A DNA stretch of 63,803 nt, filler included, from Octopus bimaculoides (taxonomy: Eukaryota), in NCBI RefSeq assembly GCF_001194135.2. It is 4 parts of 4 records of this genome, joined end to end, with 100 filler letters (N's around TTAATTAATTAA, not from the genome) between each part and the next. Parts side by side here need not be neighbours in the genome. Positions count along the whole stretch, not along the records: positions 47,434 to 62,502 come from NC_068982.1; positions 62,603 to 63,803 come from NC_068996.1; 2 more parts are not named here. One strand, written 5' to 3'. Positions 62,351-63,803 of the stretch are shown here, in pieces. The translations under genes and the position numbers were made by a program. Each line of letters starts with the position of its first letter. Position 1 is the first letter of the stretch. The notes beneath the pieces are model-generated. The model saw only the letters and a program-made list of their open reading frames with translations, was not told the DNA's origin and searched no databases.

Positions 62351-63162
62351 TATATGTATGTGTATATATATATATATGTATATATATATATGTATATATA
62401 TATATGTATATATATATATGTATATATATATATGTATATATATATATGTATATATATATGTATATATATATGTATATATATATGTATATATATATGTATA
62501 TANNNNNNNNNNNNNNNNNNNNNNNNNNNNNNNNNNNNNNNNNNNNTTAATTAATTAANNNNNNNNNNNNNNNNNNNNNNNNNNNNNNNNNNNNNNNNNN
62601 NNATATGGGTATGTGTATATGCATGTATATGTATATATATGAGTGTGTGTGTTTTAGTCTATATGCGTTAGTATGTATGTATATTTTTAGGTGTATGCAT
62701 ATATGTTTATGTATGTATTTATATAGGTTTAAGTGTATATATGTGTTGTGTTTTTATATATGTTTGTGTATGTTGAGTGTATATTTGTATTTACATGTAT
62801 GTATAAAGATATGTATTTGTGAGTATAGATGTATATTTATATATATTGTGTGTGTAAGTGTGTGAGTGTAGTTTTGTTTTATAATATTCCTTATTTATAT
62901 ATTTATTTGAGTGAATTTTTATTTGTGTGTGTGTTTTTTTTTGTTTTTTTTTATATATATAGTTATGAGTATTTTTGTGTATATGTATATGTATATTTAT
63001 GTATGTACTTATGTAAATGTGTATATACATGTATATATATGGGTATAAGTATATATGTGAGTGTGTGTAATTTGTTTATATAAATTAGTAATCATCATCA
63101 TCATCGTTTAACGTCCGCTTTCCATGCTTAAGTATATATATATAAGTGTATGTATATATATT

Positions 63163-63221
<59 letters not shown>

Positions 63222-63770
63222 NNNNNNNNNNTTTATGTGCATATATTTTATATTTGTATTTATATATATATGTATATATGTATGTTTATGTGTATCTATA
63301 TAATATGTATATTTGAGAGCATGGGAGGGTGAGTGTGTATTTATATATACTATTCTTTATTTATTATGTGTGTATGAGTGTATTTGTTTTTATATGTATG
63401 TTTAGGTAGGTACATGTGTGTATGTGTAGCTATATATTTATGTATATATATAACGTGAGAGAGTTAGGGGTTGGGGGTTCAACCCACTNNNNNNNNNNNN
63501 NNNNNNNNNNNNNNNNNNNNNNNNNNNNNNNNNNNNNNNNNNNNNNNNNNNNNNNNNNNNNNNNNNNNNNNNNNNNNNNNNNNNNNNNATGTGAGAGGTG
63601 TGTGTGTGTGTGTGCATGTGTGTATATGTGTATGTGTGTGCGTGGTTTTATGTATGTGAGAGGTGTGTATGCGTGTGTTTATGTGTGTGCGTGCGTATGT
63701 GTGCCAGGTATGTGTGTTATTTTGTGTGTGCACTCCTGTGTGTATGTGTGTGGATGTGTATGCAGCTGTG

Positions 63771-63803
<33 letters not shown>
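62346..63803. repeat. (AT)n/(GT)n-rich microsatellite terminus with gaps
   Basis: Direct simple repeats interleaved with N runs. Confidence 0.9.

Noticed and set aside
1-63803. CRISPR arrays, rRNA, or intact autonomous transposons
   Set aside because: None seen; the DNA is eukaryotic, and every TE coding region is truncated or carries stops or frameshifts.

Overview
AT-rich, microsatellite- and transposon-dense eukaryotic DNA from a gapped draft assembly. The SINE families, (ATAC)n/(AT)n load and LINE types fit an octopus or other coleoid cephalopod; this is inference from sequence character, not a database hit. Most ORFs in the supplied track are microsatellite or gap artefacts. By reading splice sites by hand I find two host genes, both on the minus strand. 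The first is a short-exon coiled-coil protein gene at about 48.8-62.0 kb with phase-consistent exons; it is unidentified, continues beyond 62 kb, and lies in a strongly CpG-depleted domain. The second is the probable first coding exon of a signal-peptide protein (9146-9256) with a candidate 21-nt microexon (6137-6157). The rest is SINEs, R4/Dong-like, Tx1/L1-like, RTE and Penelope-like retroelements, Tc1/mariner relics, Helitron ends and fold-back elements. The best novelty candidates are: type I hammerhead-ribozyme-like motifs with a palindromic minimal stem III (an inverted pair at 6968-7200 and a single copy at 42082-42233); a ~590-bp fold-back with G.U-biased mismatches and an inner pre-miRNA-sized hairpin (11541-12134); and a CpG-decay domain whose history can be read from SINE copies. 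All structures were folded and translated by eye and nothing was computed. Repeat boundaries are approximate.
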